Shown: in pieces, positions 8,785 to 17,776 of the stretch
Position numbering within the stretch: position 1 is the stretch's first letter
Layout: each line of letters starts with the position of its first letter
Assembly (NCBI GenBank): GCA_016744275.1
Contig: JADGEP010000002.1
Coordinates: 1-32,070, forward strand
Direction of reading: 5' to 3'
Length of the DNA: 32,070 nt
Source: Candidatus Krumholzibacteriia bacterium
GTDB taxonomy: Bacteria > Krumholzibacteriota > Krumholzibacteriia > LZORAL124-64-63
Notes under the pieces: generated by a model
What the model saw: only the letters and a program-made list of their open reading frames with translations
Told to the model about the DNA's origin: nothing
The model's database searches: none
Translations under genes and position numbers: made by a program

Positions 8785-8819
8785 GGGGGCGCTGGTGGAG
8801 CGCAGGGCGAGCCGCCCCA

Positions 8820-9098
8820 TCACCGCTTCACCAACGGCACGATGCTGCTCCACAAAACACCCGTAATCATGGCCCCAAATGCGCCGACCCAGAAACTGAG
8901 CAGGCCGTTTTCGGCCACAAAGAGCAATACAAACAAGGACACATAAAACGGCGAAAGAGAAAGAAAGGTTTTCCCGAACGGCACGCTCACGGTGCCGCCG
9001 CACTCGGAACAATTGGTGGATAGCACCGGGCCCAATAGTTGTTTTCTGAGGGCCGATATTCCCTGTTGCCCGCAGTGGGGGCACGTATGCTTTTCCAT
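8820..9098 (-). CDS. zinc-ribbon membrane protein, 92 aa
   Basis: ATG at 9098 with GGAAGGA upstream on the minus strand. CPHC...CSEC (a 4-Cys ribbon) is followed by two hydrophobic helices. Confidence 0.6.
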   Translation of the reverse strand: MEKHTCPHCGQQGISALRKQLLGPVLSTNCSECGGTVSVPFGKTFLSLSPFYVSLFVLLFVAENGLLSFWVGAFGAMITGVLWSSIVPLVKR

Positions 9099-9256
9099 GT
9101 TTTTTCCTTCCAATCTGACTTGTAGACGTTCTTATATGACGAATATTTCACGGCGCGCAGCAAATGTCGCTATATTCTCTGAAGATTCGCCCTTGTGACG
9201 GCGGCGACAGACTATGATGAACTTTTCAAACCAACCTATATCCGAAAGGCCCAACG

Positions 9257-10141
9257 ATGGCCAGAGGCATCCAACGCCGCGCGATGGTCTTTGTCGACTA
9301 CAGCGCCTTGCGTGCATCCCTGAAAAAAGACTTCCGCACCCCGGGCACGCGCTGGGTCGATCCCAATTCAGAGCTGGATTACGAAAAACTGGGCCGCTGG
9401 CTGTGCGGCGACCAAAGCGAATTCATCCGGCTCAACCTGTACACCGGCACGCCCGTGACGATCACCGAAACCGAAAACGGCAGCACCCTGGGGCGCATCG
9501 AATTGCATGACCACGAGGCGTTTTTGGCGCGGGGGGTCAGCCGGGGTTTCAAGGACCTGGAATACAACGTGAACAACAATTCGCGGTACACGCGCCTGGC
9601 CACCGGCCGCATGATGGCGCGCCGGGTTGAGTTGCGCCATGGCGAGGCCTTTGCCTGGGCCCAGGCTGTGTTGGAAGAATGTGGAGAGGGCGGCATGTCC
9701 GCAGCCGATCAGGAGTTCTTCACCGAAGCTGCCGAAATCAACCAGGAAGCCAAAGACGCTCGCGATGACCTCTGCCGCCGCATCATCGCGTTGAAAGAAG
9801 AAGGCCGCATCCCCAAGGAAAAAATGGGATCCTACTCGCGGCGCCTGGCCCAGCTGTTGGGTGAACAACTCGATTTCACCGAGAAGGGTGTCGATACCAA
9901 GCTCACCGTCGAGATGCTCGAGTTGTGCATGAACGATTCCTACGACGACGCCATCCTCTTTGCCGCCGACGAAGACTACGTGCCCCTGGTCGAGGCCGTT
10001 AAAAAAACCGGCCGCCACGTGATCCAGGCCTTTTGGGATATTCCCAACCCCGGTTGGGTGCTGCGCCAGGCCTGCGATGACTCGGTGGTTGTGCCGAGAG
10101 ATGTTCTGCCCAGTCTGTTGTTCCGGAATGAAGGGAGTTAG
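9257..10141 (+). CDS. NYN-domain (LabA/DUF88-like, PIN-like fold) protein with extended middle region
   Basis: The N-terminal strand is AMVFVDYSAL. The central motif EKGVDTKLTVEML and the C-terminal DDAILFAADEDYVPLVEAVKKTGRHV (nt 9960-9998 region) match the NYN signature (xFxDxxN ... GxD ... sgDsDfxPlv...G). Confidence 0.75.
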   Translation: MARGIQRRAMVFVDYSALRASLKKDFRTPGTRWVDPNSELDYEKLGRWLCGDQSEFIRLNLYTGTPVTITETENGSTLGRIELHDHEAFLARGVSRGFKDLEYNVNNNSRYTRLATGRMMARRVELRHGEAFAWAQAVLEECGEGGMSAADQEFFTEAAEINQEAKDARDDLCRRIIALKEEGRIPKEKMGSYSRRLAQLLGEQLDFTEKGVDTKLTVEMLELCMNDSYDDAILFAADEDYVPLVEAVKKTGRHVIQAFWDIPNPGWVLRQACDDSVVVPRDVLPSLLFRNEGS

Positions 10142-10263
10142 GTGCGGGAACGCCTATGAAATGACCGACCTTTTCTCGACGGTGTGGTTAAATTTCATCT
10201 TCAACGATTCTCGACTCCGCCCCTGAAAACCCAACGCTGGGCGCCCTGGAAGGTCAGTCACCA

Positions 10264-11304
10264 TTGCAGAATAAGAAACGCATCACCCGCACACTGCGCA
10301 TGATCATGATTCCTGCGGGTATCATCTCCATCGTGATTTTCCCGCCTTGGATCGGAATATGGGCCTGGATGAAACCCTTGCCCAGCACTGTCCAGGAACA
10401 AGTCGACGACGCCATTGGTCACGGCTTGGATGGCATCATCGTGTACGTGGACCAGGCCGGCCAGCCACCCGCCTTCCATACCGCGGGTTGGAAAGATCGC
10501 GTCCAGAAAATTCCCGCCGGCCCGCAATCACTCTTCAAGATTGCCAGCATCAGCAAGTTGTACGTGGCCGTGGCTGCGGCCAAGCTGCACAACGCCCAGA
10601 TCCTGTCGCTGGACGACACCCTCGCCGACCATTTCCCTGAACTTGTGGGCCGGATCGCAAATGCCAAAACGATCACCCTGAGATTGATGCTCCAGCACCG
10701 CAGCGGCATCCCCAACCTGACCGACCAGCCCGGTTATCGCTGGGAAGACCCACCAAAAACGAACCAGGCCAAGCTCGACTTGGTGCTGGACCTGCCGGCC
10801 GATTTTCAGCCGGATGAAAAATACAGCTATTCCAATACGAACTTTTTGCTGCTCGCCGAAACCTTTGAAAAAGCTTTGGGCCATGGCCTTCACCAATACA
10901 TCGAGGCGGAAATTTTAGAGCCACTGGAGCTGAGCCAAACCTTCAGTTCAATTCATGATGTGGATCTCGACGATGTCATGAGCGGTTATTACGTTGGCAT
11001 AGAGGCCGATTTCAAAGAAGTTGATGCGGGGATGGTGGCGACCGCCGAAGATGTGGGCATCTTCCTCAGAGCGTTGAACGAAGGCTCATTGCTCACCGAG
11101 AAGGAGCAGGAAATTTACGCCTCTGTCTATGGGTACGAACACAAGGGCTGGGTTCTGGGATATCAGAGCATCGCTCGTTACCACCAGGACATCGATACGG
11201 TCGTCATCCAATTCGTCAACACCGTCAGCGACCAAACGGAGCTGACAACCCTCGTTGTGTACAATCGGATTATCCGGATTTTACGTGAGAAAGCAGAAGA
11301 CTGA
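10264..11304 (+). CDS. membrane-anchored serine hydrolase of the beta-lactamase/PBP (class C-like) family
   Basis: SxxK motif SISK (10546-10557), YxN motif YSN within YSYSNTNF, and an HKG third motif, plus an N-terminal hydrophobic anchor. The start is TTG at 10264 or ATG at 10300. Confidence 0.85.
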   Translation: MQNKKRITRTLRMIMIPAGIISIVIFPPWIGIWAWMKPLPSTVQEQVDDAIGHGLDGIIVYVDQAGQPPAFHTAGWKDRVQKIPAGPQSLFKIASISKLYVAVAAAKLHNAQILSLDDTLADHFPELVGRIANAKTITLRLMLQHRSGIPNLTDQPGYRWEDPPKTNQAKLDLVLDLPADFQPDEKYSYSNTNFLLLAETFEKALGHGLHQYIEAEILEPLELSQTFSSIHDVDLDDVMSGYYVGIEADFKEVDAGMVATAEDVGIFLRALNEGSLLTEKEQEIYASVYGYEHKGWVLGYQSIARYHQDIDTVVIQFVNTVSDQTELTTLVVYNRIIRILREKAED

Positions 11305-11318
11305 CCAGAGGAGATCAG

Positions 11319-11633
11319 ATGTCACTACGCAGCTCCCACAACCGCAAAGCCGGCCGTCCCAAGCCTGACAACGTGCCCTCGTCCGAAGATATCGCCCGCG
11401 ACGTGCGCCGCATGAAACACGAACAGAAACCGGCCCACAACTACCGCGCGTTGTCGTTGGAAATGCACGGCATGATCTGCGCCAAGTGCGCCCGCGAGTT
11501 CGACGAAAAGAACAAACGCGAGCTGACGGTGCACCACATCGATGGCAACGACGCCAACAATCCGGCCGATGGTTCTAATTGGGAAAACCTGTGCATACAC
11601 TGCCATGAGGATGCCCATAGTCGGGGGATGTAG
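11319..11633 (+). CDS. yajD: HNH nuclease family protein YajD
   Basis: CAKC ... RELTVHHIDGNDANNPADGSNWENLCIHCHEDAHS closely follows the E. coli YajD core (RELTVHHID...NNPEDGSNWELLCLYCHDHEHS). GGAG RBS is present. The start lies 14 nt after the hydrolase stop. Confidence 0.85.
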   Translation: MSLRSSHNRKAGRPKPDNVPSSEDIARDVRRMKHEQKPAHNYRALSLEMHGMICAKCAREFDEKNKRELTVHHIDGNDANNPADGSNWENLCIHCHEDAHSRGM

Positions 11634-11670
11634 GGGTAATTTCGAGAGTGGTGATGGCTGAAGAAGCAAA

Positions 11671-11704
11671 GGGTGTTTCGGTAGTCATAATAACCAAAAC
11701 ACCC
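11671..11704. terminator. hairpin between convergent genes (GGGTGTTT / AAACACCC, 8-bp stem, 18-nt loop)
   Basis: Read directly from the sequence. It lies 38 nt after the yajD stop and 36 nt after the lipoprotein stop. The loop is large and there is no clear U-tract. Confidence 0.35.
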
Positions 11705-11739
11705 CAAGTCACACTTTATAAAAGCCATTTTGTGGAAGG

Positions 11740-12381
11740 CTAAGGTTGCTCTACCTCGCCAAGCTTGCGAATGTCGTAGTTGCCGTACATCTGATGAACC
11801 AGGTCATCACCGAGATTGCGCAAAGCACTCTCCACCGACGTTGAATATTCACTTTTTCCTGTCGTCAACGCTCCCATTCCTTTACTCGATACACCCATTC
11901 CTGATCCCTGAACCGCCGAAACTTGAACCATCTCAAGATTGTAAAAGGTCATTTGCACAGATACCTGAGTGTTGCCAGAGGCACTGTCTTGAAAGAATCC
12001 TTCTTTTCTATTCAGCGATACTCCAGCGGCTGTGATTTTTGGGATGGCTACAATGTCCAAGTTGCGTTCGTCTATCATTTGCTGAGTTGGGTAGGAATCG
12101 AGTATCTCCGTTTTTTGGAAAACGCGTTGCACTGATTTTGTAACGATAGAATGGGTTGCCTCGCCAATGTTAAAAGAGTACTTGTGAGCCCAGTCTGCAT
12201 TGTCTTCGATTACGAAGGTCTTCAACTCCTCTGGAACATACAGGCCCACGCTTACTGGAACCTTGTTGGCAATATTCGCAGTGGGGTCAATGTTGGGGTC
12301 GAGTTTCACCGCGTAAGAGCAGCCACCCAGTGATGCCAAGCCTATGGATAGGCAAATTCCCAGATACAACAATCGCTTCAT
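11740..12381 (-). CDS. lipoprotein of unknown function, 213 aa
   Basis: GGAGG RBS on the minus strand. Signal peptide with lipobox: MKRLLYLGICLSIGLASLGG-C. The gene is visibly more A+T-rich than its flanks. Confidence 0.75.
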   Translation of the reverse strand: MKRLLYLGICLSIGLASLGGCSYAVKLDPNIDPTANIANKVPVSVGLYVPEELKTFVIEDNADWAHKYSFNIGEATHSIVTKSVQRVFQKTEILDSYPTQQMIDERNLDIVAIPKITAAGVSLNRKEGFFQDSASGNTQVSVQMTFYNLEMVQVSAVQGSGMGVSSKGMGALTTGKSEYSTSVESALRNLGDDLVHQMYGNYDIRKLGEVEQP

Positions 12382-12933
12382 TTCTTGCCTCCGGTATAAT
12401 TATAAAAGACAAATAAACTGCTGATTAACTTACGTTTAGGTCAGCTAGCAGATTGTATCTTAAGCCCGTTGAATTTGTAAGCGCATTCTCAATGACTTCG
12501 GATATCATGTCAGATTTTAAAGAACCGACCGATGACTTGAATAGAAGGTTGTGCCTCGAAGATTGTGTTTTTTGAAAAATTCGTAGAATGCGGGTTGTAT
12601 TGAAGTTAAATAGATTCCGGAGGAAAGACGGATGTGAACAGCACTTTTTTCTGAGTGCGCCATATTGGATTGAGTCCCGCGAACCATGTCAGGATGTCGC
12701 TCCTGGCGCACATGCTGCCCGTATTTGGAGCGTCGTTGATACACCTCAGAAACCGGTACCCTTGGGCAACCATTGCTTCTGCTCTGGCTTGATATGCGCC
12801 ATTGATGTGCTATGCTAATACCCCGGAACGGGTTCGCACCACCCGACCAGAACCGGGCCAGCCCGCATGCTAACTTGCGCCCTACACGTCGACTACAACC
12901 ATTGCACCAGACTCAATCTCCGAGGCACAACCG

Positions 12934-13308
12934 ATGCAAAACTGTAATCTCGCCATTCCAACGCTGCCGAGTAAATCGATAGCCGCCACGGTGGCTTTTT
13001 ACAGAAGGCTTGGCTTCGAAGGCGGAGCGCATGAGTTCGACGCTTCCTATGCCATTCTTCGGCTCGGAACAATCGAATTGCACTTTTTCGGTCACGAAGA
13101 AATTGTACCCGCCCAATCATCTGCTGGTTGCTACATTAGAGTGCTTGATGTTGAGGAGATATACCGGGGTTTCTCGTTGAGCGAATTGCCCAAGCACGGT
13201 ATTCCTCGCATGGATGCCTTGGAGGAGAAGCCATGGGGTCTCAAAGAGTTTGCAGTCGTTGACCTGGATGGCAATCTCCTGCGCATTGGACAGATAATTG
13301 AGAAGTAA
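12934..13308 (+). CDS. VOC-superfamily protein, glyoxalase/bleomycin-resistance-like
   Basis: P-LPS-SIAATVAFYRRLGF ... IELHFF ... EEKPWGLKEFAVVDLDGNLLRIGQ follows the layout of the bleomycin-binding protein (Ble) and VOC family. Confidence 0.8.
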   Translation: MQNCNLAIPTLPSKSIAATVAFYRRLGFEGGAHEFDASYAILRLGTIELHFFGHEEIVPAQSSAGCYIRVLDVEEIYRGFSLSELPKHGIPRMDALEEKPWGLKEFAVVDLDGNLLRIGQIIEK

Positions 13309-13819
13309 CAAAGCCGCGTGTTGGCCCCTTTCCCCAATAACCACCGCATTACTGATTCTGCTTTCGGCCACAACGGCCGCTTGGGGAGATGTGCCCGACA
13401 GTATTGGTGTCTGCACGGACGTGGTGATCCGAACCTACCGGGCCATTGGCGTGGATCTGCAACGATTGGTGCACGAAGACATGGTGGCCGATTTCGAGAG
13501 CTACCCGCAGTTTTGGGGGTTGCGAAAAGCGGACCCGAACATTGATCACCGGCGGGTTCCCAATTTGCAGGCTTTTCTGCAGAACCAAAACGCCAAATTG
13601 CCCGCGTCTGAGGTCGCGGCCGACTATCACCCGGGCGATCTGGTGACCTGGATGCTGCCCGGCAACCTGCCTCATATCGGGATCGTGATCGACCAACGTT
13701 CAAGGGACGGTCAACGGCCACTCATCGTGCACAACATCGGTGCAGGCCCAAAGATTGAAGACGTGCTATTCAGGTACTTGATAACGGGACACTACCGCTA
13801 TTTGGGCCCTGAGCATTAA
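13298..13819 (+). CDS. DUF1287 domain protein (secreted)
   Basis: GVCTDVVIRTYRAIGVDLQRLVHEDM...NIDHRRVPNLQAF...PGDLVTW...LPHIGIV...IVHNIGAGPKIED...ITGHYRY is the DUF1287 signature. The TTG start at 13298 overlaps the upstream stop by 11 nt, so the start is uncertain. Confidence 0.8.
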   Translation: MRSNKAACWPLSPITTALLILLSATTAAWGDVPDSIGVCTDVVIRTYRAIGVDLQRLVHEDMVADFESYPQFWGLRKADPNIDHRRVPNLQAFLQNQNAKLPASEVAADYHPGDLVTWMLPGNLPHIGIVIDQRSRDGQRPLIVHNIGAGPKIEDVLFRYLITGHYRYLGPEH

Positions 13820-13870
13820 GAAGAAGCCAGCGTTACCCGGACCTTGTATCGCCGCACATCGTCAGCGCCA

Positions 13871-13890
13871 CCGGACTGGGTGTGGTCCGG
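13871..13890. terminator. short hairpin between convergent genes (CCGGAC / GTCCGG, 8-nt loop)
   Basis: Read directly from the sequence. It lies between the DUF1287 stop (13819) and the selO stop (13944). The stem is only 6 bp and there is no U-tract. Confidence 0.25.
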
Positions 13891-13943
13891 ATTGAATGCG
13901 ATACCGTTCAGTACTATTGATCCGGCAACCTGTGACGCAAGCG

Positions 13944-15425
13944 CTACGTACCGCAGAATGTCTTGTAGGGCCCGAAATCACATGGCGCAGGCCCCTCAAA
14001 GCCCTCCAAACCGTCGCGTTTTGTGAAAGGGTCGGACAGCACCTCAAGCAGCTTGCGATACGGTGCCATGTCGCCGGCCTCGGCAGCTTGCAATGCTTCT
14101 TCGACGCGATGGTTGCGTGGAATATAGACCGGGTTGACCAGATTCATGGCTTTTGCACGTTCGTCTGGATTTTGCGGATCACGCAAAAGGCGCTCCCGCC
14201 ACAAGGCCAACCAAGAGGTGATCTTGCCGCTGTCATCAAACAATGCCAACACCTGTTCATCTTGTCCCAGTGCAGCCTGTGCCAAGTGGCGAAAGAACAA
14301 CGTGTGGTCCACGCTCTGCCCTTCCATTTCCGAAAACAAGTCATCGATCAGTGCAGCATCACTGTCTTCGTGCGAAGCAAGGCCGATCTTGGTGCGCATT
14401 CCTGCGGTCCAGATGTCTGTGTAGCGATCCATGAAGCCGTTGATCACATCGGTCGCCAGGCGGATTGCGTATTCACTGTCGTCAGGGTCGATCAACGGCA
14501 ACAGCGTTTCGGCAAGCCGCGTCAAATTCCATTGGGCAATGACAGGCTGGTTGCCCAATGCATACCGCCCCCTGCGGTCAATGGAGCTGAACACCGCCTT
14601 GGGGTCATAGGCATCCACAAAGGCGCAAGGGCCATAGTCGATCGTTTCGCCAGAGATCGCTACGTTGTCAGTGTTCATCACTCCATGGACGAACCCCACC
14701 TGGAGCCAACCGGCAACGAGTGCTGCTTGCCGGTTCGAAACAGCCACCAGAAACGCCAGATACTTTTGGTCGTCGCCGGTCAATTCAGGGTAGTGGCGTT
14801 CAATGGCGTAGTCAGCCAACTGGCGAACTTTATCCCATTCTTTACGCGCGGCAAAAAACTGAAACGTGCCCACCCGCAGATGGCTGGACGCCACGCGCGC
14901 CAGAACCGCCCCTTGTTTAACACTCTCGCGCACAATGTCTTCGCCGGTTGTCACTGCGGCCAGGGCGCGTGTGGTGGGCACATCCAGGGCGTGCATGGCC
15001 TCACCCATCAGGTATTCACGCAGCACCGGGCCGAGGGCTGCCTTTCCGTCACCGCCGCGTGAAAACGGCGTGCGGCCAGACCCTTTCAGTTGCAGATCAT
15101 ATCGGACCCCGCTCTTGTCCAGAACTTCGCCCAAAAGCAATGCGCGCCCGTCGCCGAGCTGTTCAGAGAACCCACCGAATTGATGACCGGCATAGGCTTG
15201 CGCCAAGGGGTCGGCGCCTTCAGGGGCAACGCTGCCAGAAAAGATCGCCGCACCGTGGTCAGTGTTCAAAGCGGCGGAGTCCAAGCCCAGGTCGCTTGCC
15301 AGATCGTCGTTGAACAAGACGATCTCGGGCGCAGGCGCCTCTTCGCCTTTCCAGGCAACGTAGAAGCCTTCCAGTTGGTGGGCGTAGGTGTTGTCAAAGA
15401 TGAAGTCGGGGTCGCGTCTGGTCAT
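13944..15425 (-). CDS. selO: protein adenylyltransferase SelO (YdiU/UPF0061)
   Basis: AQAYAGHQFGGF..QLGDGRA, LQLKGSGRTPFSRGGDGKA, REYLMGEAMHALDVPTTRALA and HGVMNTDN are the conserved SelO blocks. Full length, 493 aa. Confidence 0.92.
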   Translation of the reverse strand: MTRRDPDFIFDNTYAHQLEGFYVAWKGEEAPAPEIVLFNDDLASDLGLDSAALNTDHGAAIFSGSVAPEGADPLAQAYAGHQFGGFSEQLGDGRALLLGEVLDKSGVRYDLQLKGSGRTPFSRGGDGKAALGPVLREYLMGEAMHALDVPTTRALAAVTTGEDIVRESVKQGAVLARVASSHLRVGTFQFFAARKEWDKVRQLADYAIERHYPELTGDDQKYLAFLVAVSNRQAALVAGWLQVGFVHGVMNTDNVAISGETIDYGPCAFVDAYDPKAVFSSIDRRGRYALGNQPVIAQWNLTRLAETLLPLIDPDDSEYAIRLATDVINGFMDRYTDIWTAGMRTKIGLASHEDSDAALIDDLFSEMEGQSVDHTLFFRHLAQAALGQDEQVLALFDDSGKITSWLALWRERLLRDPQNPDERAKAMNLVNPVYIPRNHRVEEALQAAEAGDMAPYRKLLEVLSDPFTKRDGLEGFEGPAPCDFGPYKTFCGT

Positions 15426-15470
15426 TGGGCTTGTCCACCTTGGTCGGATACAGAGGGCGCGGTGGGCGCA

Positions 15471-15977
15471 CTACTCAGTGATGTCACGGCGCGGCAAAAC
15501 CCATTCCGGCCGTACAAAATGGCAGGTGTAACCGTTGGGCTGGTTCAACAGATAGTCCTGATGTTCGGGCTCGGCTTCCCAAAAATCGCCAACAGGTTCG
15601 ACTTCCGTCACGACCTTGCCAGGCCAAAGCCCGGACGCCTCAACATCGGCGATGGTGTTCAACGCCTCATCACGTTGTGCGTCATTCACGTAGTAGATTG
15701 CTGACCGATAAGACGTGCCGCGGTCGTTCCCTTGACGCAGGGGCGTCGTCGGGTCGTGGATCTGGAAAAAGAATTCCAGCAGGTGACGATAGCTGGTCTT
15801 CTCAGGATCAAAGGTGACCTCAAGGCCTTCGGCGTGCGTGCCGTGATTGCGATAGGTGGCGGAAACCACGTCGCCACCGGTATAGCCAACCCGCGTGGAC
15901 ACGACGCCCGGAATTTTGCGGATTAAGTCCTGCATGCCCCAAAAACAACCACCGGCGAGAACGGCACGTTCTATCAT
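15471..15977 (-). CDS. msrA: peptide-methionine (S)-S-oxide reductase MsrA
   Basis: GGCFWG catalytic motif, GYTGG, and the HDPT...QG.D.G.QYRS-like block. The preferred start is the ATG at 15977, with GGAGGA 7 nt upstream. The track starts at a TTG at 16001. Confidence 0.92.
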   Translation of the reverse strand: MIERAVLAGGCFWGMQDLIRKIPGVVSTRVGYTGGDVVSATYRNHGTHAEGLEVTFDPEKTSYRHLLEFFFQIHDPTTPLRQGNDRGTSYRSAIYYVNDAQRDEALNTIADVEASGLWPGKVVTEVEPVGDFWEAEPEHQDYLLNQPNGYTCHFVRPEWVLPRRDITE

Positions 15978-16057
15978 GAGATATCCTCCACTCGGCCCCA
16001 ATGACTGTCGCCACTAAGGCCCTGCTCATTCAAAAGGTTCCTTGTGAGATACGCCCG

Positions 16058-17776
16058 TCAGCGCTCAACCGCCACCACCCGGCGGCTGGCGCGCGACACG
16101 AAGGCCTTGACCGTGCCACTCCAACCATCGCCCCGGTCGACGGCGCACTCCACAGCCACGAACGGGTACATCCCGCCTGGAGCTGCGCTCAGCAAGGCCG
16201 CAGCCGGCCCTGTGGTCAGGGACACCGTGGACGCATCGCTTTCAATCCATGCAGACCACTGGCCGCCACGACCCGCGTCAACCGCAGCCACCCGTACCCG
16301 ATAACGCGCCGCGGTTCCGGGGTAAATCTCGCGTTCCGCGCCAAGGTCGTCGAACGCGATGGCTTCGCCGGTCATGCGGAAGAAATCCAGCGGCGGAATC
16401 CGGTCAAAAAAGTGCCGGGCAATGATGTCGCGGCGAGCCCCAAGGACATCCTTCAGGTACGCGATGGCCCGTGGATCCTGATACTGCGCTTCACGCAGCA
16501 CCGCTTCGAGGTGGTCGTCAGAGAACGCTGAGATGACCTTCGCGGCCCAGTAGCCATCCAGGTCGGTCATGTTGGCAAAGGCGCTGTTGGGGTTCTGCGG
16601 CTTCCACTCGATGGGGTCCCAGTTTTCGGCCGTGAAGAATCCAACGGCGGGCAAACCCTCGGGCTGGTGAGCGCCATACCAGGATGTCTCGTGAATGCCC
16701 AGCGAGAGGATGCGACCGACGACGGCTGGTAAGTCCGCCTCATACTCGTAACCCAGTTTGTCTACGGGCCCAAAGCCGCCCACCCCAAGGGTGCTGGCGA
16801 AGTCGATGAGGTAGTGCTTCACGAAGCGGCGGCCGTCTTCCTGGACGTACATGTCCAGCGTATTGTGCTGCTTGGTATCGAAGTGGTTGAGCCAGGCCGC
16901 GAACATGCGCAGGCCGCGCAGTTGGCGGCGGTCCTGGTGGTCGATGCGGTCGTTGGGGTTGTCGTCGCGGAGACCTTCGTAATCAAAAGGTCCCATGGGC
17001 TGGCCGTCGAGAAATTTGCTCGCCAACGCGAAATAGCGCCCGTCCGGCAGGGTCGGCAAACGGGATAATAAATTGTCCAGTTCCTGATCGCCGAAGGATT
17101 TCACCTGGTCGTGGCCGGCGGTGAAGGTGATGCCGGGCGCGATGTCCAGATCCTCGCGCCGGAACTTCACGATGTTGTCCTGGGGCACGTTGAAGCCCAT
17201 GGCCCAAAAGAGCCGGCTGGACACGACCCCGGCCGACAGCGTCGTGCCGGGGTATTTCGGAGGGTCGAACTTGATGACGTAGACCTCGCCCCGAGCGTCA
17301 CGGATGTTGAATCCGGGCGTGACGCCCTCGGTCTTCGCGCCGATCACCACCCAGGGCGAGTCCTGGTCTGGCAGCGCGCTGCGGGCGCCGCCGTCGGCCA
17401 CCTGGTCAATCGTCAAGGGGAACAGCCCGATGCGATTGGTGAACCAACTCGAGTTGTACACCTCGCCCAAGGTGTTGATGTCCTCAGCCTTCTGGACGTG
17501 ATGACCGCCGAACCCGGTGCCCACGCGGCGCACCAAGCGGCCAGGATTCGTCAGACGAGAAACGGGCCGGGCGAGACCCTGCTTCAGGCCTTCCCACATG
17601 AGGCCGGGACTGCGGGGAGAGGGCGCCGCGATGTCGGCGCTGTCGTTGTCGTACCAGGCGACGGGACCATCAACCAGGTCGCCTGCCCGGGCAGTGCCTG
17701 AGGTGATGCAGGTGATCGCCAGAAACAGCGCCAGAACGCAGGCGAACTCAGCGGCTCGGAATCGGATTGCGGCCAT
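16058..17776 (-). CDS. secreted protein with protein-kinase-like signature (HFDTKQHN, IDFAS)
   Basis: The preferred start is the ATG at 17776, with AGGAGG upstream on the minus strand, giving the signal peptide MAAIRFRAAEFACVLALFLAITCITSGTARA. The HxDxKxxN motif is encoded at 16862-16885 and the DFA (DFG-like) motif at 16793-16810. EVYVIKFD is a candidate beta3-Lys strand. The family is not otherwise recognised. Confidence 0.7.
   Translation of the reverse strand: MAAIRFRAAEFACVLALFLAITCITSGTARAGDLVDGPVAWYDNDSADIAAPSPRSPGLMWEGLKQGLARPVSRLTNPGRLVRRVGTGFGGHHVQKAEDINTLGEVYNSSWFTNRIGLFPLTIDQVADGGARSALPDQDSPWVVIGAKTEGVTPGFNIRDARGEVYVIKFDPPKYPGTTLSAGVVSSRLFWAMGFNVPQDNIVKFRREDLDIAPGITFTAGHDQVKSFGDQELDNLLSRLPTLPDGRYFALASKFLDGQPMGPFDYEGLRDDNPNDRIDHQDRRQLRGLRMFAAWLNHFDTKQHNTLDMYVQEDGRRFVKHYLIDFASTLGVGGFGPVDKLGYEYEADLPAVVGRILSLGIHETSWYGAHQPEGLPAVGFFTAENWDPIEWKPQNPNSAFANMTDLDGYWAAKVISAFSDDHLEAVLREAQYQDPRAIAYLKDVLGARRDIIARHFFDRIPPLDFFRMTGEAIAFDDLGAEREIYPGTAARYRVRVAAVDAGRGGQWSAWIESDASTVSLTTGPAAALLSAAPGGMYPFVAVECAVDRGDGWSGTVKAFVSRASRRVVAVER

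Noticed and set aside
8789-8803. GCGCT-GGTGG-AGCGC hairpin after the LVIVD gene, considered as a terminator
   Set aside because: The stem is only 5 bp and there is no U-tract. It is nested in a loose GGGGCG/CGCCCC pairing. It is too weak to call.
12517-12818. Overlapping 75-aa (-) and 76-aa (+) ORFs in the 12.4-12.9 kb gap
   Set aside because: They are mutually exclusive, have no RBS, have low-complexity or odd composition, and I recognise nothing in them. The region is treated as non-coding or unknown (see the finding on 11640-12933).
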